A stretch of DNA of 64,000 nt from Somniosus microcephalus (lineage: Eukaryota): the NCBI GenBank assembly GCA_052327205.1, contig CM126212.1, positions 7,874,001-7,938,000 on the forward strand, written 5' to 3'. The first letter of the stretch is position 1. Every line of letters starts with the position of its first letter. The translations under genes were made by a program, and so were the position numbers. The notes below the pieces were generated by a model that saw only the letters and a list, made by a program, of their open reading frames with translations, was not told where the DNA came from and made no database searches. Shown here one piece after another: positions 27,691 through 41,354 of the stretch.

Positions 27691-28400
27691 GAGCGCCAGG
27701 GGTCTCCCACCGCCCGGCGCAGGGGCGCGTGCGTCACAATCCTCTCCACGGAGCGGAAGTGACGCGCGCTGCCTGTCAATCACCGCGCTTTCACCCCGCC
27801 CCCTTCCCCTCACAACCACAGCGTCAACTCGGCGCGCCGCCTGTCAATCAGCGCGCTTTCGCCCCGCCCCCTCGCCCCCTCTCCCCCCTCACTGACACAG
27901 CGCCAACTCCGCCGCCGCCAAAAAGCCGCGAGAGTGAGGTGGGCGCTCGAGCTTTTTCGTCTCTCTCACATTTAAGATGGCGCCGGTTGGAGCGGCGGTG
28001 GGTATCTCCTTGTAAAAAAAAGTTATTTTTCCTTTTAGCCTTTTTCTTAACAAAACAATGGTTATTTTGTCGTTTTTTTCGCCTTGCCAAGCACGCACAA
28101 AGAGCGGTAAGATCTGACGGGGAGACTGACAATTCGTGTGTAGTCAACTATTTTTGAATTTAGTGTTCATTCCTCAATATTTATTTTGATTTAAATCCTG
28201 AAGGAAAAAGTTGAACAGTCTTTTGAAACATAATCTTTGTATATATGAATGTAGAGGCGGTTGGGGTTGGCGGAGGGGCGGCGGAGGGGGACACCTTCTC
28301 CCCCCATTAGCTGCTGGTCCTGAGCCCCCAGGACTGACCCAGCTCCGCTCAGCACAGCTGCCCTACAATCCGCTCAGCTCGTGTCCGATCACTTGGCAGC
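27330..28400. promoter_or_regulatory. CpG island / bidirectional promoter for RBBP6 (-) and HELZ-like (+)
   Basis: CpG-rich; YY1-type motifs CAATGGCGGC (27671-27680) and AAGATGGCG (27974-27982); ETS-CRE composite CGGAAGTGACG (27754-27764); two TGATTGACAG decamers on the minus strand (27773-27782, 27841-27850); GC boxes. Confidence 0.85.
27950..28106 (+). other. Candidate non-coding first exon of the HELZ-like gene
   Basis: Plus-oriented YY1 motif near the start and donor GCG|GTAAGA at 28106/28107; start boundary is a guess. Confidence 0.4.
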
Positions 28401-29889
28401 CTTTCTGTATTTCCGATAATAATCCTAATAAAACTGTTAATAACTGTATAGTTTAATTTAAAACATGTGGGTGTAAATTCTTCCACAACCCCCTCTCCCC
28501 ACCACCGCCCCCCCCCCCCCCCCCCCCCCAAAAAAAGTTTTGCTTTCATTCATGGTCTGTCATCTTGCAGATATTCATTTTAAATACATTCATATGAAGC
28601 AATGCAATGCAGGAAGGCTGTTTGTTAATTTTCGTCCTCTGATTGAGTAGTCTTACCATGTTGATGCCAAATGGGCAGCAATGAGCTGTTGTCACTGGGC
28701 TTATTTACAGTAATGGTTTGAATGAGCTGTGAGGAAATCGCACTTAAACCAATATTCTTTAATTTTGTGTGAAATTCTTAATGCCTTCCATCAAGTTGCC
28801 TCAGTTGCTGCCATCACTTGTAACAGCCTTGTAGCCACTAGTGCTTTATCCTAGTTTTAGACAGCTTGCAATGTTCAGTGCAGACGCAACCCAAGTTTGG
28901 AAGGACGTGTCTACAATTGTGCTGTTAGATGTTTTTCCACAGCTCAGATGGACACAGTATGAACGCTTCACACATCTACCATTCTGTTTTACTGAAATGA
29001 TAGTGAGAATAGTAGTGTGAAGGTTGATTTTGAAAAGACACTTTGGCGGCACAATGTTAACTCTCCTCAAACTGATAAGGATTGGAAACATGCAAGAAGC
29101 ATCCTGTGCATAAGTTTCAGTACTCGTGCGTGGAGTTCTTTCTGCTCAGTCCACAGTGAAGTGCAGCTTAACTGCAGCTCCCTGCTCTACTTGATGTTAA
29201 AATGTTGCCTGCATAAAAAATAACCAAGGAAAAGCTACAGTTTGAATATCCACTGGATAGGTTTCTCTTAGTGCTATGGCTGTGAACTATCAGAACAAAG
29301 TTATGATCCTGATTTAATTACTTTCTTACACAATCCATGTAGATATCAATATGATTACTTATATGGAGGGATACCTGGTCTACCTCTCGGTTGCACTTCA
29401 CAGAACGAACAAGTCTTGCTGACATTGTAGACCATTAAAATGTGGGCTGATTGGTATATGGTTGTATTGATGTAAACATGGGTAGCTAGCGCACATATGT
29501 TGGTTTCCCATGACTGAACCAAAATTGCCAAACATAAACCCATTTAGATTAGGTGAGATGGACTGTCGTGCATATCGAGAATGGGTACGAGAGGAGGGAA
29601 TTGTACAATGTTTTGAACAGTGAAAATTTAAGAGCATATTTTAAGAAAATGGCTCAGTATTGTGACTTGGGGAGTTAGGTATAACAATTTTATAAATATA
29701 ATAATTCTGTGTACTGTTTGGAGGTACAGTTTTTGAAAAAATGTAAACATCACCTTGGTGTACCATTAGTTTCAGTTTTGCAGCTTGTAAAATCACTTGT
29801 AAACATGTGGCTCATTCATTGTGTGTTGACATGTCTGCTTTTGTGTATAGAATGATTTCTAACTTCCTGTACTTGAATCCTAGATTTTT

Positions 29890-30390
29890 ATAGCACAGTA
29901 GGGGACTATTTTGCCCATTGCACCCGCGCCAGCTCTTGGAATTATGCACTGTTTCATTCCCCTGCTATTTCTTCATAACTTTTAAAAAAATCTTTTTTTC
30001 ACATCTATCCGCTTTTAAAAGCTATTACTGATTTTGCTTCCAACATTGCTTCTGCCATGCAGTCCATGTCCTCATCACTTACTTTGGAAACCAACTCCTA
30101 CCTCTCCCTTCATTCTTTTGATAAATTTGTGTCCAATCGTTACCTACTCGCTGTCCTGTGGAAATTGGTTTTGATATTTTATTAAAACCTGTTATCATTT
30201 TGAGCACTGCTTTTAACCTTCTAATGCCAAATCCCAATTTCTCCAGTCTTCGTTCATAACCTAATCCTCTCACCTCCACTGTCAATGAATCTTTTCTGCA
30301 CCTTCACCATGGCCTTGGCATCCTTCTATACCCATATTTATAAAACCTAGGATCCTATATGCTTTTTTTTAATATAGCTTCAACAACTTG
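29890..30390 (-). mobile_element. Decayed CR1/HER1-like fragment
   Basis: Minus ORF RGLGYERRLEKLG...RRL; similar to other HER1-like copies. Confidence 0.6.
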
Positions 30391-30419
30391 TCCTCCTATT
30401 GTCTGTCCTTGCAAGCTAA

Positions 30420-31400
30420 TGCTCCCTTTTCTCTCCCAAGTCCTCCACATGTACACTGATGACGCCTAGTTCCAACTCTCCACAATCTCTCTTAACCCCT
30501 CCACTGCTTGTGTGCTGTCGGGCTACTTGTCCAACATTCATCTTGGATGAGCCACAATTTGTTACACCTAAGTTTTGAGAAGACTAAAACATTGTCTTTG
30601 CCCCTGCCACAAACTTTGTCCCTTTGACAGCAACTCCATCCACGCTGTGCCTCTCCCCCCCCCCCCCCCCCCCCCCCCCCTCGGCCACCCTGTTCACTTG
30701 TTTAAGCTGAAACAGACTGTTGGGAACTTCGGCATCCAATTTGTGCCTGAGCTGAGTTTCTGATCCCGTGTCCTTTCCATCACAGAGACTGCCGACTTCT
30801 ACCTCTAACATTGCCTACCACAGCCTGTCTGCAGTTGAAACCCTCATCCATGCAGTTGTCTGTTCCAGACTCAACCGTTCCAATGCTTTTCTGGCTGGCT
30901 TTTCATCTTCCACCTTCTGTAAACCTGCTCATACAAACACTGCTGCCCGTATCCTATCCTGCATCAATCCAGCTTGCCCATCGTCCCTCTCTTTGCAAAC
31001 CTACATTGGCTCCTGGTCCTCCAATGTCTTAATTTATTTAAAATTATCATCCGTGTGTTTATGTCCCTTCATGGCCTTGCCCCTCCCTATCTCTGCAACC
31101 TTCTCCAGGCTTACAACCTCCCCATCTCTCTGCCCCTGCCATGCCCCCAATTCTCTCTTCCTCTGACTGGTTTCTAGTGTATTCCCCTCCTCCTTTCATC
31201 CCACCATTGTGGGCTGTACCTTCAGCTGCCTAGGTCCTACATTGTGGAATGCCATCTCGCAACCCCTTTGCTCCGCCAACTCCCTCTCGCCTCTTTGGCC
31301 AAGCTTATGATCAGCCATCCTAATACCTCCTTTGGCTCAGTATCTTTTTTTGCATGACCCCTCTGTGAAGTGGTTTTGGATGTTTTTCTACATTAAGTGC
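30420..31400 (+). mobile_element. L2-clade LINE fragment
   Basis: ETLIHAVVCSRLNRSNAFLAG and LHWL...SLHGLAPPYL motifs. Confidence 0.8.
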
Positions 31401-31741
31401 AAGTTGCAAAGACGTGTATGCCACTAAGTATCTTCGCTCTTTTAAAGCATTACCATTTCATGTACATGTGCTGGAATTTTTCCTTTTAACATGTATCACC
31501 TCATTTCTCTGCATTCGATTTTATCTGGCATCTATTTGCCCAATCTGCTAACTTGTCTGTAACCTCCTGAAGCTGCTTGCAGTTCTTTTCACAGTTGACC
31601 ATACTCTCTCTTTGTGTCATTTGCACATGTTGCTATTGTGCCTGTGCATTCAAGCCCAGATCATTTATATATTTATTGAGAATAGTAATGGTGGCAACAG
31701 TGACACTCGGGATACCACTGTTTACACTCTTCTAGTCTGAA

Positions 31742-32150
31742 AAGAAAGACAGACTTGCATTTCTATAGCGCCTTTCACGATCACCGGGCGTCTCAAAGTG
31801 CTTTACAGCCAATGAAGTACTTTTAAAGTGGAGTGACTATTGTAATGTGGGAAATGCGGCAGCCAATTTGCACACAGCAAGCTCCCACAAACGGCAATGT
31901 GATAATGACCAGATCATCTGTTTTTGTTATGTTGGTTGAGGGATAAATATTGGCCCCAGGACACCGGGGAGAACTCCCCTACTCCTCTAAGAAATAGTGC
32001 CATGGGGTCTTTTATGCCCACCTGAGAGAGCAGATGGGGGCTCAGTTTAACGTCTCCTCCGAAAACTGGCACCTCCAACAGTGGAGTGGGAGTTGAACCC
32101 ACAACCTTCTGACTCGGAGGCGAGTGTGCTGCCAACTGAGCCACAGCTGA
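31742..32150 (-). mobile_element. DeuSINE (SacSINE1-like), well preserved, nested in a decayed CR1 copy (~31430-32720)
   Basis: Minus strand has tRNA-like head TGGCTCAGTTGG...GGTTCAACTCC, Deu core, L2-like tail GGCGCTATAGAAATGCAAGTC. Confidence 0.8.
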
Positions 32151-34794
32151 CAATGGCCCATAACCACTTTTTTTTTGTCCCTCAATCAATTTCCTATCTA
32201 TGCTGTCACACTCCCTTTTAATGCTATGTGCCCTAATTTTATCAATGTGGCACCTCATAAAATGCCTTTTGAAATGCCATACGTGCAACATCGAAGTTAA
32301 TTTCATTTATCGATACATACTATTATGTTATATCCTTCAAGCACTTGCTTTAATTTAATTTTATGTAAGCGCTTTGGGGCGTCCTAAGATCGTGAAAGGT
32401 GTTACATAAATGCAAGTTTTTTTCTTTTTTTCAGTAATCCACGTCTTTATAGATCAATATTCAATTCATGCCGTATTATGGCCTCCAGAAGCATACCCAA
32501 TACTGATGTTGGGCTGACTGATCTATAGTTACCTGATTGATCCCTTTTTGACCAGGGGTGTTAGATGGGTAACCCTCCAGTCCTCTGGCGCAATTTCCGT
32601 ATGTAAGGCTGTTTGCAAGATTGTGGCCAGACCCTCTGCTTTTTTACTCTGACTTTCCTCAGCATTTTAGAGTGCATGCCAAGGGGGTTTGTTCCTTTTC
32701 CACTTTGAGTTCCACCAGTTTTTTTATTACAGAGCTGTCGTGGAATTAGTTCTGTTGTGTGTGGGAGGGAATACAGAGATGAGCAGCAACTGAACTTGTC
32801 AAGTTGTTACAAATTCATAATCTGTTGGAGAAAGAAGGATTCTTGAAGTTTAAACCAGGGCTGGATTCAACCATGAAGACTTTTGGACTTCGACAAGTAA
32901 AGCAGCTCCCAAATAAATAGTGAAACATTTTATCAAAATAACAGCTTTCATTGATATATTGCCTTTAAAGTCACAAACATCTCAAGATGGTTTATTGGGG
33001 GTGGAGAAAGGGAAACAAATAATAGGACTAGATAAGGAAACAGATGCCCAGCATTGGATGTAGAGAATAGAAGGGGTGCTCAGAATAATTGTTTGATAAG
33101 AGAGATTTTTGAAAAGGGAGAAAGAGGTGGGGTGGCACAGGGGTTTAGGGAGTGTTCCAGATTGTTGGGCTGAGGGTGTGAAAGTGTCTCCCCTGAGTGG
33201 TGGGGAGGATTGTGCAAAAGGGCTGCAATTGCCAAGACAGATTGCAATCCCAAAACTGAAGGGAAGGCAAAGTCAAGGGGGCAATTTTGTTCCACGTACC
33301 CCACCCACTTTATTCTGTTAAAGAAAAGAAGTCGGGCTGGAAATTTCTTTTGACATTTTTTTAGGAGTTCGAGATCCTGAAATAGCATCTTCTTGCCTTC
33401 TGGGCCATTGCAATGATGTGAGTTATAGGTAACATACTTGCGAGTTTCCATGCAGCTCCGTAGGAAACAGTGGTTTGTGAGATTTCAAACTTACGTATGA
33501 ATCTCTGGAGCAAGACGATTTTGGGAAATGACAGCAGAGGCTGGGAAAAAATGTATTCCCAGCCAGTAAGTTAGTTTGAATTTGTGCCTCCTTCTGTTTG
33601 CTTTCAGAACCACTCGGGTGTGCAGGCGGATGGTCTTAGTCACATCACTGGAATAGCCTAGCAAGGAAGGAAATGCAATTTGAATATCTCCATGTTGGAA
33701 TAAACTAGTTTGGAAAGTGCCCTGCTTTCAAGAGTTATTCATTCACTGGCTGCTCGTGCTGCAATGCGAACTGCAGCTTTGATTCATTTTGTGCTAGATT
33801 TGTGAAATATTTTAGTTCATAACTTCTAATCTTAAACTTTATTTCTAGTATGCTCATATCCCTAACTCTCATCTCCCAGAACATTGGGCCCAGTTATTCT
33901 CTTCCTTCTCTCTCCTCCCCCCTCCCCCCAGGAACTCCGCTAGGATTTAGCAAGTTTCTTGCTGAGAAATAAAATTAATATTTGTTGTCCTAAATTGTGG
34001 ATTGTTGCTTGGTAAACCCATTGCCTGTGGTGATTAAATTACAGTAGTTAATTAATCAATGTGGATATTCTTCTGTGTCAAGAGAGAGCAAAGTGCATCT
34101 GTTTACCATGACGTGTACTGCCAACCAGGAAAAAAGCCAAATGTTGAATAAAATCGCTCTTTAGAAACAATATTCGGTTATTGTTTTTCAAAAAAAAGGT
34201 CCAACTGGTGTAGAAATAGTTTGAAGACTATAATCTTGGGTTTCAGTTAAAGGTTTTCCAGCGTTATTCGTGCACCATGGTGAAGTTACTGCGCTGTGAT
34301 CACTTCCATGTATCTGGTGGTCCGTATAGATTTTTATTGTTTTGTGAACTGAGCTCCATGTTTATTGAGGAAAGATGTTGGTGCTGTGAAATGGCAAACA
34401 CTTGTATTTTGGCCATCCATTGTCCAGACGCCCAGGTAAGTTTAGATTCAGGAAATGCAAATCATGCATCATGTTACCTATTTCCAAGGTTAATGATGCA
34501 TGAAGTGCATTTTGTACCTTTTTAAAAATTAATTCTTGTCCACCGAATTCTCTGCTATCCAGTCCTGAGGATTAATTTGCCTTCTATGGTGAGATTTGCA
34601 TTTCCAGGGGTCTATTTTTTTCCCCTTGTCTACTGCTGCCCTCAGGATAAAAGAAATGAATGTGTTTTTTAAATTTTGTCTCGTTTTCTTGCTCGGTGCA
34701 GCTCATCTCCTAATCTTGAGTCACCGTATTAAATCTGATGAATGTATTAATCCAAACCATAGCATTTACATCAGGTTCAAACCTTTTGTTTAAA

Positions 34795-35690
34795 ACTGAA
34801 GTCAGTGGGAATTGGGAGGATGGGGGGGCGGAATTCTCCACTGGTTGGAGTCATACCTAGCACAAAGGAAGATGGTTGTGGTGGTTGGAGGTCAATCATC
34901 ACAGCCCCATGACGTCGCTGCAGGAGTTGCTTGGGGCAGTGTCCTTGGCTCAACCATCTTCAGCTGCTTCATCCCCTCCATCATAAGGTCAGAAGTGGGG
35001 ATGTTCAATGTCATTCGCAACTCCTCAGATAATGAAGCAGTCCATGCCCGCATGCAGCAAGACCTGGATGACATTCAGGCTTGGCCTGATAAGTGCCAGG
35101 TTACCATCAATATCCTGGGGGTCACCATTGACCAGAAACTTAACTGGACCAGCCACATAAATACTGTGGCAACAAGAGCAGGTCAGAGGCTGGGTATTCT
35201 GCAGAGAGTGCAGCTCCAGCAACACTCCATAAGCTCGACATCATCCAAGTCAAATCAGCTCGCTTGATTGGCACCTCATCCACCACCTTAAACATTCACT
35301 CCCTCCACCACCGGCGTACCGTGGCTGCAGTGTGTACCACCTACAAGATGCACTACAGCAACTCGCCAAGGCTTCTTCGGCAGCACCTCCCAAACCCGCG
35401 ACCTCTTCCACCTAGAAGGACAAGGGCAGCAGGCGCATGGGAACACCACCACCTCCAAGTTCCCTTCCAAGCCACACACCATCTTGACTTGGAAGTATAT
35501 TGCCGTCCCTTCATCGTTGCTGGGTCTAAATCCTGGAACTCACTCCCTAACAGCACTGTGGGAGTACCATCACCACACGGACTGCAGTGGTTCAAGAAGG
35601 CGGCTCACCACCACCTTCTCAAGGGCAATTAGGGATGGCCAATAAATGCTGGCCTTGCCAGCGATGCCCACATCCCATAAATGAATAATT
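34795..35690 (+). mobile_element. CR1-clade LINE (second family), internally deleted
   Basis: RT-region motifs WLESYLAQRKMVVVVGGQSS...GSVLG; 3' end AAGGGCAATTAGGGATGG...AATAAATGCTGG. Confidence 0.85.
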
Positions 35691-36929
35691 TTTTTAAAAT
35701 GACAGTTCAGTAGCGACATTTTATTTTGCATTCTGTTGCTAAAGGAAGGATTTTTAAGCCAGTTCTTCACTTGATATGTCTGTTATTGGACATGGTGAAA
35801 GACTGATCGGGCATCTTGCAGTGAGTCTTTCTTGGGCTGCATAAGTAAAATAGAACTGTGGGCAGTGCTTGGGTACTGACAACATTTAAAGTTTCACCAC
35901 CTATTTCTGGACTGGGCATTCTCAACAGATGACCTGATTCTAGATTTTCAAAAGGACTGTGTGGGGGGGGGGTAAGATACAAAGGAGTCCTCTAATACTT
36001 GATTCTCTCTCCATCTGTTTCCCATTACCCCTTGTTCCTCTGCCCTGCCCTATCAACAGTCCATGAGAAATTGGATCTTGTGTGGGGATTGAGGGTGGTG
36101 CAGTGTGTCAGCACACCATGGGACTTCACTTAGTTGTACAGTCAATGTCCTAAGCCGTCTTGTCTTTACTCCTCCAGTCAGTTGAATTGTTTTGGTTTCA
36201 GAAATATCACATGGGATGAAGTGAAGACAGCAGTGAAGAAATTGAGGGAAAAATGGATTTATGAAGGTGCATTGGATCATATGGGGATTGTTATAGAATT
36301 AGTTTGTGTTCACTCCTACATTTTTGTTCTTATCAAGGTGAAGAAATAATTTCCTGCTTCTGGCTCCCAGTGACATCATCAAGTCTGGTATAGAATGGGC
36401 TGAGAGCAGAATTAAGCCCTCTTCTTACTCTGGTTCCAATTATCTACTTCAATTTCATCCTAACTGGTATCACCACCAACTGCAGTAGATTCCTACTTCC
36501 TACATCAACTATTACTGCTGCCTCTGAATGAAGCTGTCAATTGAGTTCTCTGCATAACTAAAGCATTGTCCGTTTTGTGCGGTGGATCCACACTCTTGCA
36601 ACAACTACTATTAAATTCCCATCTATCAATTGCCCAAATGAATTTCACTTTTTTAGTTGAGTGAAGGATTAAGGCCTAAAATGCAGGACACCACAACATA
36701 GGTTAAAAATAATAGGATAGAAGATGTGGTAAATTACTCAGTAACAGCTAGCTAACTCCAAAATTGGGTTTTAAATGGCTGCAGAGAGGGGTGAGTAAGA
36801 GTTTCACAGTTGAGATCCTGGGAAAGAATGAGGTGGAGTAGAAAACTTTTAAGCCTTGGTTTAAACAAAACAGTAAAATATTCTACAGGCATATAAATTT
36901 TTTTTTAAAAAGGAAGTTGGGATGGGAAT

Positions 36930-38610
36930 TGGGTCATTAAGGATAAAATCACAGGCAGCGATAGCGAAATGGCAGGAATATTACATAATTTAGTTCACTT
37001 CAGTATTTCCCAGGGAGACGGATCAGGTGGACATGACATCAGAAGATGAGATTAGAAATGATATAACCGCATGTAAAATAAAGAGGAGAAATATTAAATA
37101 AACTAATCAAACTCGGAGGATAAAACTGCTGGTCCGGATGGATTGTATATGCACATTCTAAAAGAATCTAGGGAAGAGATAGCGGAGGCACTATTACACA
37201 TTTAATAATTCATTAGAAAAAGGTGCAGTGCCAGAGGACTGGCGGATAGCTAACGTAATAGCTATATTTAAGAAGGGCGATGGAACATGTCCAGGGAACT
37301 TTAGACCAGTCAGCTTAACATTGGTGGTAGGAAAAGTTATGGAATCCCGACTGAAGGAGAAAATAGAAAAACATCTATAAACCAAAAATGTAACAATGAA
37401 TAGACAACATAAATTTCAAAAGGGAAAGTCTTACTTGACCAACCTCATTGAATTCTTTGAAGAGGTATGAGAGAATGTAGACAAGGGTAATGCAGTAGAT
37501 GTAATATATCTAGATTTCCAAAAGGCTTTTGATAAGGTACCACCTAATAGACTAATGAATAAGGCCAGAGCATGTGGAGTCAGAGGACAATGAGCAGAAT
37601 GGATAACTAGCAGGCTGCAAGACAGAAAGCAGAGAGTAGGGCTAAGGTGGGAAGTGGGGTACCACAAGGATCAGTGTTGGGACCACTGTTGTTGATCACA
37701 AATAACGATTTAGACTTTGGAATCAAAAACACAATTTCTAAATTTGTGGATGACATCAAATTGGGAGGGATCGTCAACGCTGAGGAGGACTGCAACAAAT
37801 TCCAACAAGACATTTAATAAACTTGCAATGTGGGCATGTAATTGGCAAATTAATTTCAACATCAACTAGTGTGAGGTATTACATTTTGAAAAGAAAAATG
37901 AGGTCACGAAGAATCTAAATGGTGTAGAGAAGTGTATCTGGGAGTACAAATATACATCACTAAGTTGTGATGCAGGTTATTAAGGCCAAAACAAAAGCAA
38001 ACCAAGCACTAGGGTTTATTTCTCATGGGCTAGAATTGAAAAGTAGAGAAGTTATGCTCAACTTCTATCAAACCTTAGTTAGATCACACTTGGAATACTG
38101 TGTACAGTTGTGGTCGCTATATTATAGAGAGGATATAGAGGCACTGGAGAGGGTGCAAAAAAGATTTAAAAGGATGATACCAAAAATGCGAGGATATATC
38201 TATCAGGAAAGGACGAACAGGCTGGGTCTCTTCACTTGAAAAAAGGCGGCTATGGGGTGACCTAATAGAGGTCTTCAAAATTATGAAAGGTTTTGATGGA
38301 GTAGACACAGAGAGTGTGTTTCCACTTAAGCGGAAGAGCAAAACTAGAGGCCGTCAATATAAGATGGTCTCCAACAAATCAAATGGGGAATTCAGAAGAA
38401 ACTTCTTTACCCAGAGAGTGGTTGAGGTGCATCGTCAAGATGCATTGAAAGAGGAGGCAAGATAAGCACCTGAGGGAGAAGGGAATCGAGGGTTCTGCTG
38501 ATAGAATTAGCTGAGGAAGGCTGGGAGGAGGCTCAAGTGGACCATCAACACTGGTATGGGCTGGTTGGGCCGAATGGCCTGTTCCTGTGCCGTATATTCT
38601 ATGTAATTCC
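36930..38610 (+). mobile_element. CR1/HER1-like LINE, decayed ORF2 and 3' end
   Basis: Frameshifted RT motifs (DFQKAFDKVP, GVPQGSVLGP, LEYCVQLW, RRNFFTQRVV). Confidence 0.9.
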
Positions 38611-38729
38611 GTTTAAAAACAAATTTGGAAACCATAACAAAAAATACCGGCTGGTGTCAGTACAAATGAAGTTATCGGATTGTCGTTTGAAAAAACTCAA
38701 TTAGTTCACTACTACTACAACAACAACAA

Positions 38730-39000
38730 CTTTCCTTTAACGTAGTAAAACATCCCAAGGAGTGTTATCAAACAAAAAATGACCGAGCCATGAGGAGATA
38801 TTGGGACTGATGACCAAAAGCTTGATCAAAGAGGTGGGTTTTAAGGAGTGTCTTAAAGGAGGTGAGAGAGGCGGAGAGGTTTATGGAGGGAATTCCGGAG
38901 CTTAGGGCCTTGGCAGCTGAAAGCATAGCCGTCAATGGTTGAGCGATTTAAAATGGGGGGATGCGCAAGAGGCCAGAGTTGGAGGAGCACACAGATTTTG
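38730..39000 (-). mobile_element. L2-clade LINE 3' fragment
   Basis: Reverse complement of the 13370-13600 segment. Confidence 0.75.
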
Positions 39001-39229
39001 GACACTAACGTCTTTTAGTGAAGGAAATCTGCCATTGTTACTAAATCTGGCTTGTGTGTGACTCCAGTCCCACGTGGTTGACTGGAATCACGCAACTCAG
39101 TTGCTTCAAACCACTCAAGAAGGCCCACCACTGTCTTCTCAGGGCAGCTTAGGATGGGCAATAAATGCTGGCAACGTCCCCATTCCGAGAATGTCTCTTA
39201 ATGGTCTTGGTTTATTTTTATTCAGAGTG

Positions 39230-40425
39230 TATTCAGTGTTCAGTGCCATTCACAACTCCTCAGATAATGAAGCAGTCCATGCCCACATGCAACAGGACCT
39301 GGACGACGTTCAGGCTTGGGCTGATAAGTGGCAGGTAACATTCGCACCACAAGTGCCAGACAATGTCTCCAAATAGCGAGCGTCTAACCACCTCCCCATG
39401 GCATTACCATCGCCGAATCCCCTACCATCAATATCCTGGGGGTCACCATTGACCAGAAACTTAACTGGACTAGCCACATTAATACTGTGGCAACAAGAGC
39501 TGGTCAGAGGCTAGGTATTCTGTGGTGAATGGGGAGTCAGGAGGTGAGACGAAGTCTTTCCACCATCTGCAAGGTACAAGTAAGGAGTGTGATGGAATAC
39601 TCTCCACTTACCTGGATGAGTGCAGCTCCAACAACACTCAAGAAGCTCGACACCATCCAAGGCAAAGCAGCCCACTTGATTGGCACTCCATCCACCACCT
39701 TAAACATTCACTCCCTCCACCACCTGCGCACCATGGCTGCAGTGTGCACAGGAAACTTTGTGCTATCCGGCACTGACGGGACTGAGCTGTTGCCGTCCCA
39801 TCAAAACTGCCGGACAAACCAGCGCTAATGTTGAAACATACGGAGATTTTGAGCTCCGTATCTGGCAACAAACCCTGTTGCTTAGCAATAGCTTCTAAAC
39901 AGTCGGCCGTACCTTGCAAGCGTCTCTGTAGCTTAGCAACAGCTTCAACGAGACCTTGCAGAGCCTGACTGGTGGGGGAAAAAAAGCAACGAAAAGAAAA
40001 AGCAACGAAAAGAAAAAAAACCTAACGAAACGGCTCCTGATTTTTGCCGGTGGCTCGAGCATTCCGGACAGTTAATCTCTGGATAAACCAAAGTTTCCTG
40101 TACCATCTACAAGATGCACTGCAGCAACTCGCCAAGGCTTCTTCGGCAGCACCTCCCAAACCCGCGACCTCTTCCACCTAGCAGGACAAGGGCAGCAGGC
40201 GCATGGGAACACCACCACCTCCAAGTTCCCCTCCAAGTCACACACCATCTTGACTTAGAAATATATTGCTTAAATTTTATCGTCGCTGGGTCAAAATCCT
40301 GGAACTCCCTCCCTAACAACACTGAGAGTACCTTCACCACACAGACTGCAGTGGTTCAAGAAAGAGGCTCACCACCACCTTCTCAAGGGCAATTAGGCCT
40401 TGCCAGTGACACCCACATCCCATAA
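39230..40425 (+). mobile_element. CR1-clade LINE (second family) split by a DNA transposon
   Basis: Matches 34990-35690 and the reverse complement of 53005-53900; GCAGTGTG|TACCATCTACAAG is interrupted. Confidence 0.85.
39749..40100. mobile_element. Tc1/mariner (Tigger/pogo-like) non-autonomous DNA transposon / MITE
   Basis: Perfect 12-bp TIRs CAGGAAACTTTG / CAAAGTTTCCTG with further TATCC similarity; flanked by CA (39747-39748) and TA (40101-40102) at a TA of the host LINE. Confidence 0.75.
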
Positions 40426-41354
40426 ACAAATTTAAAAAAAGTATTGATTAAAACAAGAACAAGAGGGATTGGAGGGGAGAGAAGAATTGTGCCTCAAACG
40501 ACAAATTGTTGCTTTTAACCCTTTCAGGAGTGAGGGGTGCTGGAAGAGCATCACCAGATATGATAACAGTATTCAAGTTTTAACTTGTTAATTTAATTTT
40601 CAACTAAAAGGGGGAATAAAAGGGTAGGAAACTTAAAATTAGATCTTAATGTGCTTGGAATTTTATGAGATGCAGACTTTCCAAATTGAGGCAAGTTGTT
40701 TTATTGTTTGATGCTGTAGAGGAAGCAATCCATGCTGAAAGTGTGCTTTCAGATAGTGTGAACCTACAGTTTCAAATACCAGAGACTTGTTCAGAATATT
40801 GAATAAATCAAGTAAGCTAAAAGTGATGACTCAGTTTGCGTCTTGTCATTTACTGTCCTTGTCCGAGGAGTGGTCGGTGCGGAGTATAAAAAGTGCAACT
40901 CGTTCCTTCGCACTGACAGCCCAGTTTGATGAGCACAAAAATTATTCACCAGAAAGATGATTTTTTACATTTCTTTTGAAGCCTTCTTTCTTTCCCTCTC
41001 TCCACCCCAAAAAGGAATAATAATCAGACTTTTGTTTCTTGCAGTCGTTAGTGTGTTGCACTCCTCAGTTATTTGTATTATTTCTGTCTTTGTATAGGCA
41101 TCACAGTGAATGGCTGCTTTCTTCAATTAACAAATTGTTGAAATTAACTAGCTTTCTGATGTTTTGGGTTTTGTGTGTTTTCTTGTGTCCTCTTCCCCAG
41201 TCCCAGGTTATCAACAAGAGTTCAGGTGCCCTGCACAGAGAGGGAAAGGGGAAAGAGACTGGAAGATAAATGGAACTGTTAGGTGGAGAGCGGTCTTTTG
41301 AGGCCTGGGATCAGGTAGCTTGTCCCCCTTTTTGGGTGTAAAAAGTACATCTGG

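Noticed and set aside
26833-28549. Many overlapping ORFs across the CpG island
   Set aside because: Expected from stop-poor GC-rich sequence; low-complexity peptides with no recognisable homology
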